A DNA stretch of 64,000 bases, from NCBI RefSeq assembly GCF_032444005.1, contig NC_091283.1, positions 185,690,001-185,754,000 of the forward strand, given 5' to 3'. The DNA comes from Ranitomeya imitator (Eukaryota). The notes beneath the pieces were generated by a model that was not told the origin of the DNA, made no database searches, and worked only from the letters and a program-made list of their open reading frames with translations. Each line of letters starts with the position of its first letter. The first letter of the stretch is position 1. The translations under genes were made by a program, and so were the position numbers. Below are positions 32,201 to 43,178 of this stretch, piece after piece.

Positions 32201-35200
32201 CTTGACAGGGGTGGCAGTGTTTCTGCAAGAAAGCAGCTCCTTTCGTCTTGCACAATACACATTAAGGGCGCTCACAGTGTCTCGGCCTCCAGCAGCTTCT
32301 CCTTGAGATCCTGCTCAGCTCTTGCTTTTCTATAAGTAACAGATATAGAGAGAGGGGTGAACAAGAGGAGGCAATGCTGAAGGGGGTAAATCCCCCCAAA
32401 GCCGGTCACCTACCTGTCCCCAACCCCCTGCAGGAAATCGACTTCTGTTGGAACGCTCCGGACTTCAGTTTCCTCCTGCAACAGTAAGGCACAAATCATT
32501 AGATGACAGTAGGGATGAAGATGGCAGCTGGCGGGCGCGAGTACGTCTCCCTCACCCGCAGTCTGACCCCATGTGTAGCTGCCGAGTTCATCATCCGATG
32601 CCTCTCCTTTTCCAGGGTCAGGTTTGCTTCCATCAACCTTTGCAATTCCTTTAGGATATCATTCAGCAGAAAGACATCCATCAACAAGGGGGAAGGAAGA
32701 AGACGGCACCATACACAAAAAAAACAAAAAACACTGAGCGGCAGCAACATCTGCTCCCAAGACAGAATCATGGATGACGGGATTTGGGAAAAAGTGGCTG
32801 AAACCTAAGAAACAGCGCCCCACCCGACTATAGGCCATGTCATGCATTGCATTCGCTTAAAGGGGCCTACCAATGTCTTACAGCTGAGCAGTTAACTCAG
32901 CTCCACTCACTGATTGGCTGCGGCCAGCTCCTATTACCTGGGTGCTGACAGACGTGCGGTCTCACCTGCTCGGCTCGGGGTGGCCCCGCGTGATTTCGTG
33001 CTGGCCCTCTCAGCGCTTCGCACATACTTTGGGTCAGAGTTTCACAGGAGGACATAGAGGTCCCAGGGCTGTTAGCCTAATGACACACAGCACAGCAGTC
33101 AGGCCGGGGCCGAGCCGAGGAGAGAGCGGAGGATAGCGGCAGCGCCCCCAACAGGTCATCTAAGCATTCACTACTCCCTTAGGTGCTTTTATTACTATAC
33201 CCAGCGGAGCAGCACAGGACATACGGACCACCCACACCGGATAACAATTTAAATATTTTTCTTCATGATTGGCTGCAGCGGTCAATTACTATAGACGTGA
33301 CATTACTGCTGCTGCGCTAAAATTTGACAACGATGTTGAGGGAAGAAGCGCCCCCATACATGTTAGATTTAGATAGGGGTATTAATGTATATGGGGGTCC
33401 TATAAGCTCCATCCACACTAGCACTGTGGGTTTCCATAACTTATAGGCTGAGACTTGTCACAGCTTCTCGTATAGTGGAGGCCTACAGTGTGAACAGAGC
33501 CTTAAACAGCGAACCCCAGGCACAATGCGGAGCGACACAACATGGAGAAAATGCTATGGTGTGACTACGGTGCAGAGACCATGGAGGGTGGGAACGAGCA
33601 GCTCAGGACCCAGTGTGTTGGCCGGGGCACGGATATTACTGTACAGGAAGCCCACAGCCCGGGGAGAGTCCCCGCTACGTATTACATGGCAGCCTATCCA
33701 AGGGTGTAAGGAGCATGAAGGTGCAGGAAGAAGCGGGCAGTCACCTCGGAGGGTCCCTCGGCCATGGCCTCGTCTTCTCTGGTCGCTGTCGCCTCGGATA
33801 GGTGTTTTCTTGCCTCCTCCAGGTGACTTTGCAGGGAGTCGCGCTCGGCCGATAACCTCAGCACCAGGCTCTTGGCTTCACTGAACTTGAAAGCGATGAA
33901 CTCGCGCTCTTTCCTCTGCGTCTCCTGAAACTCCAGCATCTCGCCGTGCCTCTTCCTGAGCATGGTGTTACTCTGCTCCAGAGCCACTGGGGGGGGGAGA
34001 GAAGAAATGGAATGCGTCTCAGACCCTGCACTGGGCGGTACACGGGGAGCATAACGGTCCTAACACCTGCGCAGCAGATCAGCCTTACTGCCATCCCCCC
34101 AAAAGGTCTAACACTTTCTGATGCACAAACAAGTCTAGAATGTCCAGGAACTGTCCAGGTTTTCATACTCTTTAACTTGGCTGTTTGCCTTCATCAGCAT
34201 TCTGCCAGCACTATAGGTGCTGGAATTTTCTTTTGTTCCCAGGAAACACTGCTTCTACCATTGTTCTACTACTTGTCTGCCTAGAACTAACATTTCAGTT
34301 CTCTGTTAGCGCCTGTATACAGTTTGACAGAAACGAGTTCAGAAAAGACACAGACACACACCCCGACTTCCCAATAGAGCGACAGAGACACGCTCCCACT
34401 TCCCGGTAGAGCGACAGAGACACGCTCCCACTCCTGGTAGAGCGACAGAGACACGCCCCCACTTCCCGGTAGAGTGACAGAGACACGCTCCCACTCCTGG
34501 TAGAGCGACAGAGACACGCCCCCACTCCTGGTAGAGCGACAGAGACACGCCCCCACTCCTGGTAGAGCGACAGAGACATGCCCCCACTCCTGGTAGAGCG
34601 ACAGAGACACGCTCCCACTCCTGGTAGAGCGACAGAGACACGCCCCCACTCCTGGTAGAGCGACAGAGACACGCCCCCACTCCTGGTAGAGCGACAGAGA
34701 CACGCCCCCACTTCCCGGTAGAGCGACAGAGACACGCTCCCACTCCTGGTAGAGCGACAGAGACACGCCCCCACTTCCCGGTAGAGCGACAGAGACACGC
34801 TCCCACTCCTGGTAGAGCGACAGAGACACGCCCCCACTCCTGGTAGAGCGACAGAGACACGCCCCCACTCCTGGTAGAGCGACAGAGACACGCCCCCACT
34901 TCCCGGTAGAGCGACAGAGACACGCTCCCACTCCTGGTAGAGCGACAGAGACATGCCCCCACTTCCCGGTAGAGTGACAGAGACACGCTCCCACTCCTGG
35001 TAGAGCGACAGAGACACGCCCCCACTCCTGGTAGAGCGACAGAGACACGCCCCCACTCCTGGTAGAGCGACAGAGACATGCCCCCACTTCCCGGTAGAGC
35101 GACAGAGACACGCTCCCACTCCTGGTAGAGCGACAGAGACACGCCCCCACTCCTGGTAGAGCGACAGAGACACGCCCCCACTTCCCGGTAGAGCGACAGA

Positions 35201-38200
35201 GACACGCCCCCACTTCCCGGTAGAGCGACAGAGACACGCCCCCACTCCTGGTAGAGCGACAGACATGCCCCCACTTCCCGGTAGAGCGACAGAGACACGC
35301 TCCCACTCCTGGTAGAGCGACAGAGACACGCCCCCACTCCTGGTAGAGCGACAGAGACACGCCCCCACTTCCCGGTAGAGTGACAGAGACACGCTCCCAC
35401 TCCTGGTAGAGCGACAGAGACACGCCCCCACTCCTGGTAGAGCGACAGAGACACGCTCCCACTCCTGGTAGAGCGACAGAGACACGCCCCCACTCCTGGT
35501 AGAGCGACAGAGACACGCTCCCACTTCCCAGTAGAGCGACAGACAAGCCCCCACTACTGGTAGAGTGACAGACAAGCCCCCCACTTCCCGATCGAGCGAA
35601 AGAGACATGCCCCACTTCCCAGTAGAGCGACAGACAAGCCCCCCACTTCCCGGTAGAGCGACAGAGACACGCCCCCACTACTGGTAGAGTGACAGACAAG
35701 CCCCCCACTTCCCGATCGAGCGAAAGAGACACGCCCTACTTCCCAGTAGAGCAACAGACAAGCCCCCCACTTCCCGATAGAGCGACAGAGACACGCCCCC
35801 ACTACTGGTAGAGTGACAGACAAGCCCCCCACTTCCCGATAGAGCGAAAGAGACACGCCCTACTTCCCAGTAGAGCAACAGACAAGCCCCCCACTTCCCG
35901 GTAGAGTGACAGAGACACGCTCCCACTCTCTGGTAGAGCAACAAACACCCCCCACTCCTGGTAGAGCGACAGACAAGCCCCCCTCTTCCTGGCAGAGTGA
36001 CAGAGACACGCTCCAACTCCTGGTAGAGTGATAGACACCTGCCCCCACTTTCGGTAGAGCGACAGAGATACGCCGCCACTAAAGGCACAGGGACCCTCTA
36101 AGCACCGGTTAGAAATAAGGGGACAGTACACTAAGAAGCTGAGGCAGTGTTCACATTTGCTTCCCTTCAGAACAGAAGCTGTAATGCTGTGCTAGATCAG
36201 TCACACAACGGACCCCACTGACTTGTAGAGGGGTCAATCAGGTTATGCTGAGGAATATGCCAGTCTGACTGGACAAAGTCTGTGAAAGAGGCATTGATGC
36301 AGATGTGAACAGAGCGGCACATTAAAGGGTTAATATCATTTACAAAAAAAAAAGTCATATACAGTACAGACCAAAAGTTTGGACACACCTTCTCATTTAA
36401 AGATTTTTCTGTATTTTCATGGCTATGAAAATTGTACATTCACACTGAAGGCACCAAAACTATGAATTAACACATGTGGAATTATACACTTAACAAAAAA
36501 GTGTGAAACAACTGAAAATATGTCTTATATTCTAGGTTCTTCAAAGTAGCCACCTTTTGCTTTGATGACTGCTTTGCACACTCTTGGCATTCTCTTGATG
36601 AGCTTCAAGCGGTAGTCACCGGGAATGGTTTTCACTTCACAGGTGTGCCCTGTCAGGTTTAATAAGTGGGATTTATTGCCTTATAAATGGGGTTGGGACC
36701 ATCAGTTGTGTTGTGCTGAAGTCTGGTGGATACACAGCTGATAGTCCTACTGAATAGACTGTTAGAATTTGTATTATGGCAAGAAAACAGCAGCTAAGTA
36801 AAGAAAAAAGAGTAGCCATCATTACTTTAAGAAATGAAGGTCATTCAGTCTGAAAAAATTGCGAAAACTTTGAAAGTGTCCCCAAGTGCAGTGGCAAAAA
36901 CCATCAAGCGCTACAAAGAAACTGGCTCACATGAGGACCGCGCCAGGAAAGGAAGACCAAGAGTCACCTCTGCTTCTGAGGATAAGTTTACCGGAGTCAC
37001 CAGCCTCAGAAATCGCAGGTTATCAGCAGCTCAGATTAGAGACCAGGTCAATGCCACACAGAGTTCTAGCAGCAGACACATCTCTGCAACAACTGTTAAG
37101 AGGAGACTTTGTACAGCAGGCCTTCATGGTAAAATAGCTGCTAGGAAACCACTGCTAAGGACAGGCAACAAGCAGAAGAGACTTGTTTGGGCTACAGAAC
37201 ACAAGGAATGGACATTAGACCAGTGGAAATCTGTGCTTTGGTCTGATGAGTCCAAATTTAAGATCTTTGGTTCCAACCACCGTGTCTTTGTGTGACGCAG
37301 AAAAGGTAAACGGATGGACTCTACATGCCTGGTTCCCACCGTGAAGCATGGAGGAGGAGGTGTGATGGTGTGGGGGTGCTTTGCTGGTGACACTATTGGG
37401 GATTTATTCAAAATTGAAAACATACTGAACCAGCATGGCTACCACAGCATCTTGCAGCGGCATGCTACTCCATCCGATTTGCGTTTAGTTGGACCATCAT
37501 TTATTTTTCAACAGGACATTGACCTCAAACACACCTCCAGGCTGTGTAAGGGCTATTTGACCAAGAAGGAGAGTGATGGGGTGCTACGCCAGATGACCTG
37601 GCCTCCACAGTCACCAGACCTGAACCCAATGAAGATGGTTTGGGGTGAGCTGGACCGCAGAGTGAAGGCAAAAGGGTCAACAAGGGCTAAACATCTCTGG
37701 GAACTCCTTCAAGGTTGTTGGAAGACCATTCCTGGTGACTACCTCTTGAAGCTCATCAAGAGAATGCCAAGAGTGTGCAAAGCAGTCATCAAAGCAAAAG
37801 GTGGCTACATTGAAGAACCTGGAATATAAGACATAATTTCAGTTGTTTTACACTTTTTTGTTAAGTATATAATTCCACGTGTGTTAATTCATAGTTTGGA
37901 TGCCTTCAGTGTGAATTTACAATTTTCATAGTCATGAAAATACAGAAAAATCTTTAAATGAGAAGGTGTGTCCAAACTTTTGGTCTGTACTGTATAATAA
38001 GGGCTCCACCAAGCTACTGAACTATGGAGGGTTCAGGTCCGGACATCCCCACTGACTGCTCAAAATATGTGCAAAGTGAATGACCCCTGCAGGAGTGATC
38101 AGCAGGGTGTAGGGGCTCCACAGTAAGTCTATAGGTCTCACAGACAGTGGTATGCGGACTTTTCAGCCCATACTCACTCCTGCATGGCGAGTTAAGTAGT

Positions 38201-38622
38201 CGGTAGGGTATTTCAAGACTCGGACCCCCATTCGGCAGCTACCAGAGCTGGTAATATTTTGATCTGTGGGGGGTGTGGGTGCCGGACCACTACTGAGCTG
38301 ATAGTGATGGCTGTATCATAGTAATGGAAAATCCCTTTAAGCAGGCGGCATGTGCATGATATCAGTATGGGAATGTACACGGCGTGCTGTAATGTGACAC
38401 ACGGTGTGATGCCGTTTTGCTATTGGCTACGTTCTCACCTTGCAGATCCTGGTTCTCAGCCCTCAGGCGCTGGAAGGCCTCGTGATTACATATTTCAGGG
38501 GGGACGATCTCAGCCCTCCCCAAGGACATGTCTCCCGACCCTCCAGTGCACGGCGGGGTGAAGCTGCTGCCGGAGCCTTCGTTGGGCTGCACCATCCTGG
38601 CGGTCTGCCCCGGGGCGCTCAT
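14109..38622 (-). CDS. ikbkg: NF-kappa-B essential modulator (NEMO); whole gene, 13 coding exons, about 517-526 aa
   Basis: Exons 38622-38439, 33986-33745, 32648-32556, 32475-32414, 32329-32276, 31977-31875, 31486-31368, 30899-30759, 26285-26189, 26108-25959, 25862-25729 (or 25756), 25663-25605 and 14251-14109 have continuous phases. Motifs: [59 protein letters not shown], zinc finger [22 protein letters not shown]. Head-to-head with G6PD as in human. Confidence 0.95.
15949..17763 (+). pseudogene. DIRS gag-like region, frameshifted and split by a MITE
   Basis: MSDPAPG...YACTHC..FCLSC, then [10 protein letters not shown]...DAASLK | MITE | [18 protein letters not shown]...[12 protein letters not shown]. 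Confidence 0.7.
16626..17398. mobile_element. TTAA-targeting (T2/Kolobok-type) fold-back MITE inserted in DIRS gag
   Basis: TTAA|AGGGACTCTGTCAC ... GTGACAGTCACT|TTAA; the two arms of about 370 bp are near-perfect reverse complements. Confidence 0.88.
17887..19637 (+). pseudogene. DIRS reverse transcriptase/RNase H (frameshifted)
   Basis: [33 protein letters not shown] (18382-18393), [36 protein letters not shown]. Confidence 0.9.
19671..20640 (+). pseudogene. DIRS tyrosine recombinase (frameshift and stop near the C-terminus)
   Basis: [63 protein letters not shown], then out of frame KAHYTRA (H-x-x-R box) and TFVEFY. Confidence 0.88.
21377..25405 (+). mobile_element. Second, older DIRS1-type retrotransposon (heavily degraded)
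   Basis: Related termini (GGGACACAAGAAACCATGGGTGTATGCTGCTGCCACT ... CCTGTGTCCCCCAATGAAAG...GATTTTACGGTGAGTAC) and ICR at about 25050-25150. RT remnant [24 protein letters not shown] (22210-22320); YR remnant AHSVR...[16 protein letters not shown] (24830-24950). Confidence 0.88.
23867..24177. mobile_element. PIF/Harbinger-type MITE inside DIRS copy 2
   Basis: TTA|GGGTATGTGCGCACG ... CGTGTGCACATAGCC|TTA. Confidence 0.82.
25605..25663 (-). CDS. ikbkg: IKBKG coding exon 12
   Basis: [19 protein letters not shown] (compare human RIEDMRKRH); 59 nt; tttatag/GTGAGT. Confidence 0.9.
25729..25862 (-). CDS. ikbkg: IKBKG coding exon 11 (UBAN/LZ); 3' boundary 25729 or 25756
   Basis: [35 protein letters not shown]...; two phase-2 donors are possible. 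Confidence 0.85.
25959..26108 (-). CDS. ikbkg: IKBKG coding exon 10 (CC2)
   Basis: [50 protein letters not shown]; 150 nt. Confidence 0.95.
26189..26285 (-). CDS. ikbkg: IKBKG coding exon 9
   Basis: [32 protein letters not shown]; 97 nt. Confidence 0.95.
27595..28307. mobile_element. Fold-back MITE with TAA target duplication (PIF/Harbinger-type)
   Basis: TAA|AGGTACCGTCACACT ... AGTGTGACGGTACCA|TAA; almost fully palindromic. Confidence 0.85.
28540..28799. mobile_element. TTAA-type (T2/Kolobok) MITE
   Basis: AGGGAATCTGTCAGCA ... TGCTGACAGGTTCCCT|TTAA. Confidence 0.75.
28913..29720. mobile_element. Composite: Harbinger-type MITE ends enclosing an inverted fragment of the piggyBac-type family
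   Basis: TTA|GGCTATGTTCACACG ... GGTGTGAACATGGCC|TTA; 29130-29400 is the reverse complement of about 4100-4362. Confidence 0.7.
30759..30899 (-). CDS. ikbkg: IKBKG coding exon 8
   Basis: [46 protein letters not shown]; 141 nt; donor GTAAGT. Confidence 0.92.
31368..31486 (-). CDS. ikbkg: IKBKG coding exon 7
   Basis: [39 protein letters not shown]; 119 nt. Confidence 0.93.
31875..31977 (-). CDS. ikbkg: IKBKG coding exon 6 (extra, non-human)
   Basis: [34 protein letters not shown]; 103 nt; phases fit neighbours. Confidence 0.85.
32276..32329 (-). CDS. ikbkg: IKBKG coding exon 5 (extra)
   Basis: [17 protein letters not shown]; 54 nt; ttatag/GTGAGC. Confidence 0.8.
32414..32475 (-). CDS. ikbkg: IKBKG coding exon 4 (extra)
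   Basis: [20 protein letters not shown]; 62 nt; ttgcag/GTAGGT. Confidence 0.78.
32556..32648 (-). CDS. ikbkg: IKBKG coding exon 3 (extra)
   Basis: [31 protein letters not shown]; 93 nt; ctaaag/GTGAGG. Confidence 0.75.
33745..33986 (-). CDS. ikbkg: IKBKG coding exon 2 (IKK-binding coiled coil)
   Basis: [44 protein letters not shown]... (compare human [38 protein letters not shown]); 242 nt. Confidence 0.92.
34350..36080. repeat. 31/32 bp minisatellite, about 55 copies (IKBKG intron)
   Basis: Unit GGTAGAGCGACAGAGACACGCCCCCACTCCT with a CACTTCCC variant; degenerate right end. Confidence 0.97.
36362..37992 (+). mobile_element. Full-length Tc1 transposon, transposase inactivated
   Basis: TA|CAGTACAGACCAAAAGTTTGGACACACC ... 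GGTGTGTCCAAACTTTTGGTCTGTACTG|TA with long TIRs; 1631 bp. Confidence 0.95.
36776..37829 (+). pseudogene. Tc1 DD34E transposase pseudogene
   Basis: [16 protein letters not shown]..., [30 protein letters not shown] at 36851 plus a +1 frameshift, TGA at 37293, and the catalytic E is replaced by K. Confidence 0.92.
38439..38622 (-). CDS. ikbkg: IKBKG first coding exon (exon probably begins at 38648)
   Basis: [18 protein letters not shown]...[15 protein letters not shown]; strong acceptor ctgac...ccccgcag at 38649; donor GTGAGA. The start could be the second Met (MVQP). Confidence 0.88.
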
Positions 38623-40214
38623 TCACTGCGCACAATCCGGTCACCAGCCTGCGGGGGGAACGAGAGGATAAAGTCAGGAGGCGAAACACCACCCTCCTCT
38701 GCTTCTGCAGCCGGACGGATCGCTCGGGAGTCAGCGCAGATCACGGGGGATTTATTGGGCATCTTGCGGATTTTAAGAAGAAGAAGACGACGATTGTGAG
38801 GAAATGGCTGAACATGCATTCTACAGGGTAGAGGTAAGAAGGTTTCCATTCACTGACAGCAAACAGACGCAGACACAGTTTGGTAGAAAGTCGCAGAAAT
38901 TTATCATAAAATGATCATTCCAAATCGTACATTATTGCTGCTGTGGTGCCACGTTATTGCCGTTTTCTAGATAACAGAGAGCAGGCGCTGAACAAACAAA
39001 TCAGAGGGTCATAAACAATTACACTAGTGAAATGGAGGGCAGGGAACACAACAGAGGTGAAGGGAGCGTCAGGGGCAATAAACCGCTCATCTGTAATATA
39101 TAGCTATCGATCCAGTGAGCGTTAACCCTCCGCACACCAACGCACATGTACGCTCAGTGTGACCGAGCATGCACGTGTTCTCAGTAATGCTGGGGGTAAG
39201 GAGCTGGCAGACTCCTCTGATGGCGGATTATCTTGACGTTGCTGCAGTGATCGGAGTCTGGCAGCAAGTGTGTAAGTCCCCTGCAGCGCCACCACAAGGA
39301 GAATAAGAGAATTACATAGTAGTGTAGACGTGACTGCTCCTCCAGAGAGAGTCGCCCTTTAGTCAGACTTACCTAAATCCCTATGTTAGAAGCTAGGTGT
39401 GAGTAACAGAAGCCCCAGAGGTGGAGCCCCCTACTGGCAGAGCCCAGGGATGTAGTTCACAGCTATGGTATGAGGATAGAGGAATAATGAGAGTTGTGGT
39501 TTTCTAGCAGAATAGCGACTCTCTAAGGAGCATCTCTTCTCCAAAATATAATCTGAAGTAAGTCCAAGTTGTTCTGATTTAAACAATCACTGGCATATAC
39601 CCTAATGGGGGACACTGTTATAGTGGGACGCCCATTTAGGACCCTCCTATATATAGGGGTGTAAAGAGTGGGCCCCCAAGACAAGGAAGTAACCAGTGTA
39701 TGCTGCTGGAACAGCACAGCTCTGTACACGGTGTAGTGGCTGTACTCAGGGACAACTGCTGATCAGCTGCAGTACCCAAGAATGGCCACTGTAGGGGGTA
39801 CTGCGCCTTTACTTGCAGAGGGTCTGTGGCAAATCACCTGCAGTTTAGCAGCGCAGTTTTCAGACGACTGGCATCCAAGTGAGCGGCAAGCATCATGTGC
39901 CAACGCTGGCAAGGCATTTACCCGACGCTGGAAGTAGTTTAATAGTCAGATGTCAGTGGGGATCTGACCCTTCCGCTCTACCAGGAAGCAGCAGGCAGAG
40001 AGTCACAACAAGCAGTATATATAAGAATATACAAACACACCCAGCAGGACTTGGACTTTGCTTCTTTCCCCATACTTTACACTGCAGCTCAGCTTGTGCT
40101 TAATGGCTGCTGTCAATGATTACCAGGCTTCTGAATGGGAAGCCAAGTACTGAATGATTGTACTGCGCATATGTACAAGGTGGAGCTCCATCTCTTCAGG
40201 GGGAAAAGGCATAA

Positions 40215-40561
40215 AGGGAACCTGTCACATAGTTCAGGCAGCGGGTCACTGAGCAGATAAAGTTTTATGGGAAATGATGTGGCGTAACTGGCGTCTTATT
40301 CCCCTGGTCATGTGGGGATATTGAGTCCAGTGGGCCGTCCTAATCAGTGACTGACAGCCTGCCTTGTATAAGTGTGCATACCAAGATAGCTGTCAGTCAC
40401 TGATTAGGACGGACCACTGGATTCAAACCCCCACATGACCAGGGGAATAAGACGCCAGTTACGCCACATCATCTCCCATAAAACTTTATCTGCTCATCTC
40501 CCCCTGCTCTATAACATGATGCCTGCAGACTGGACTGCATGGACAATGTGGCAGGTTCCCT
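40215..40561. mobile_element. TTAA-type (T2/Kolobok) MITE
   Basis: AGGGAACCTGTCACAT ... ATGTGGCAGGTTCCCT|TTAA; palindromic core. Confidence 0.75.
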
Positions 40562-40604
40562 TTAATAACAACTGTTGAAACTTATGCCCATCCGACACAG
40601 GCCA

Positions 40605-41351
40605 CCGGACGATGCCCACCTGATGCTGCCCCGATAATGGGCAATGCCCATCCGACATGGTCACCAGTGATGGGCGATGCCCACCTGACACAACCGCAGT
40701 GACGGGCGATGCCCACCTGACCCGGCCCCTGTGATGGGCGACACCACCGGACAAGGCACTGGTGACGGGCGATGCCCACCTGACACAGCGCTGGTGACGG
40801 GCTATGCCCATCTGCAGAAAACAAAGAACACCGAGCACACTACTGGTGACACAGCACTGGTGACGGGCGATGCCCATCTGACACAGCGCCGGTGACGGGC
40901 GATGCCCACCTGACCCGGCGATGGGTGATATCACCTGATGCGGAACTGGTGACGGGCGATGCCCATCTGACATGACCCCGGTGACGGGCGATGCCCACCT
41001 GACACAGCACCGGTGACGGGCGATGCCCACCTGACAGCACCAGTGACGGGCGATGCCCCCCAGACACGACCACAGTGAGGGGCAATGCCCACCTGACACA
41101 GCACCGGTGACGGGCGATGCCCACCTGACACAGCACCAGTGATGGGCGATGCCCACCTGACACAGCACCGGTGACGGGCGATGCCCACCTGACAGCACCG
41201 GTGACGGGCGATGCCCACCTGACACAGCACCGATGACGGGCGATGCCCACCTGACACGACCACGGTGAGGGGCGATGCCCACCTGACACAGCACCGGTGA
41301 CGGGCAATGCCCACCTGACAGCACCGGTGACGGGCAATGCCCACCTGACAG
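40605..41351. repeat. 32 bp minisatellite, left half
   Basis: Unit GTGACGGGCGATGCCCACCTGACACAGCACCG; more degenerate leftwards. Confidence 0.93.
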
Positions 41352-41663
41352 CAGGGCTGCCACTAGAAATTTTGGGGCCCCATAATGGCAAAATTTTCGG
41401 GGCCCCCTTGAGACTCCGCCCAGGCTCCACCCCAGCCCCGCCTCCAGGCTCCACCCCTCGAACTGTCCACAGTCCCACCGTTCTCTCTTGGAAAATCTCC
41501 ACTTCTCACCTATCACACATTGACAGTTCCCATCACCAGATCACATACATATATTTGGCCAAAAGATTTTTTAAGCCACCACCATAACACGGTAGACACT
41601 TTTGGCCGGGCCCTACTCTGCTGTAACCTATTAAATATTTGTTAAAATATGCAATACAATTTA

Positions 41664-43178
41664 CCGTATATACTCGAGTATAAGCCGACCCGAGTATAAG
41701 CCGACCCCCCTAATTTTGCCACAAAAAACTGGGAAAACTTATTGACTCGAGTATAAGCCTAGGGTGGAAATGCAGCATTTACCGGTGAATTTCAAAAATA
41801 AAAATAGATCATTATTTCCCCATAGCTGTGCCATATAGTGCTCTGCACCGTTCATTGTGCCCCATAGATGTGCCATATACGGTGCTCTGCACCGTTCACT
41901 GTGCCCCATAGCTGTGCCATATACGGTGCTCTGCACCGTTCACTGTGCCCCATAGCTGTGCCATATACGGTGCTCTGCACCGTTCACTGTGCCCCATAGC
42001 TGTGCTGTGCCATATACGGTGCTCTGCACCGTTCACTGTGCCCCATAGCTGTGCCATATACGGTGCTCTGCACCGTTCACTGTGCCCCATAGCTGTGCTG
42101 TGCCATATACGGTGCTCTGCACCGTTCACTGTGCCCCATAGCTGTGCCATATACGGTGCTCTGCACCGTTCACTGTGCCCCATAGCTGTGCTGTGCCATA
42201 TACAGTGCTCTGCACCGTTCACTGTGCCCCATACATAGCTGTGCTGTGCCATATACGGTGCTCTGCACCGTTCACTGTGCCCCATAGCTGTGCTGTGCCA
42301 TATACGGTGCTCTGCACCGTTCACTGTGCCCCATAGCTGTGCTGTGCCTTATACGGTGCTCTGCACCGTTCACTGTGCCCCATAGCTGTGCTGTGCCATA
42401 TACGGTGCTCTGCACCGTTCACTGTGCCCCATAGCTGTGCTGTGCCATATACGGTGCTCTGCACCGTTCATTGTGCCCCCTAGCTGTGCCTTATACGGTG
42501 CTCTGCACCGTTCACTGTGCCCCATAGATGTTCCACATAAATTTGTGCCGCCGCTGCCGCAATAAAGAAAAAAAAACACATACTCACCTCCCTTGATTGC
42601 AGCTCCCGGCGTCTCGTTCCGGCGCCTCCATCTTCCCGGCGTCTCTGCTCTGACTGATCAGGCAGAGGGCGCCGCGCACACTGTATGCGTCATCGCGCCC
42701 TCTGCCTGAACAGTCAGAGAGCGCAGACGCCGGGAAGATGGAGGCGCCGGCCGGGAAGATGGATCGGCGCCCGGCGGCTGGAACGAGGACAGGTGAATAT
42801 GCTATACTCACCTAGTCCTGGCGATCCTCGCGCTGTCCCCTCCTGTCTTCGGTGCCGCAGCTTCTTTCTCTATCAGCGGTCACCGGCACCGCTGATTAGA
42901 GGAATGAATAGGCGGCTCCGCCCCTATGGGAGGTGGAGCCGCTTATTCATTTCTGTAATGAGCGGTCCCACCTGACCGCTGAAGAGAGGAAGAAGCTGCA
43001 GCGCCGAAGCCCGTGGGACGGCAGGGACAGCGCGAGGATCGCTGGGACTAGGTAAGTATGCCTCAGCGCCCTCACCCGCCGACCCCACCGCTACCGTGAC
43101 TCGAGTATAAGCCGAGGGGGGCACTTTCAGCCCAAAAATTTGGGCTGAAAATCTCGGCTTATACTCGAGTATATACGG
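41664..43178. mobile_element. Non-autonomous Tc2/pogo-like element nested in the hAT element
   Basis: TA|CCGTATATACTCGAGTATAAGCCGA ... TCGGCTTATACTCGAGTATATACGG|TA. Confidence 0.85.
41818..42527. repeat. 42/47 bp minisatellite inside the Tc2-like element
   Basis: Unit CCATATACGGTGCTCTGCACCGTTCACTGTGCCCCATAGCTGTG(CTGTG). Confidence 0.93.

Noticed and set aside
34287-35732. Long ORFs of 384-481 aa on the minus strand
   Set aside because: They are translations of the 31/32 bp minisatellite, open in several frames, with no domain or splice logic.
36776-37829. Active or domesticated Tc1 transposase
   Set aside because: Two stops, a frameshift and loss of the catalytic glutamate.
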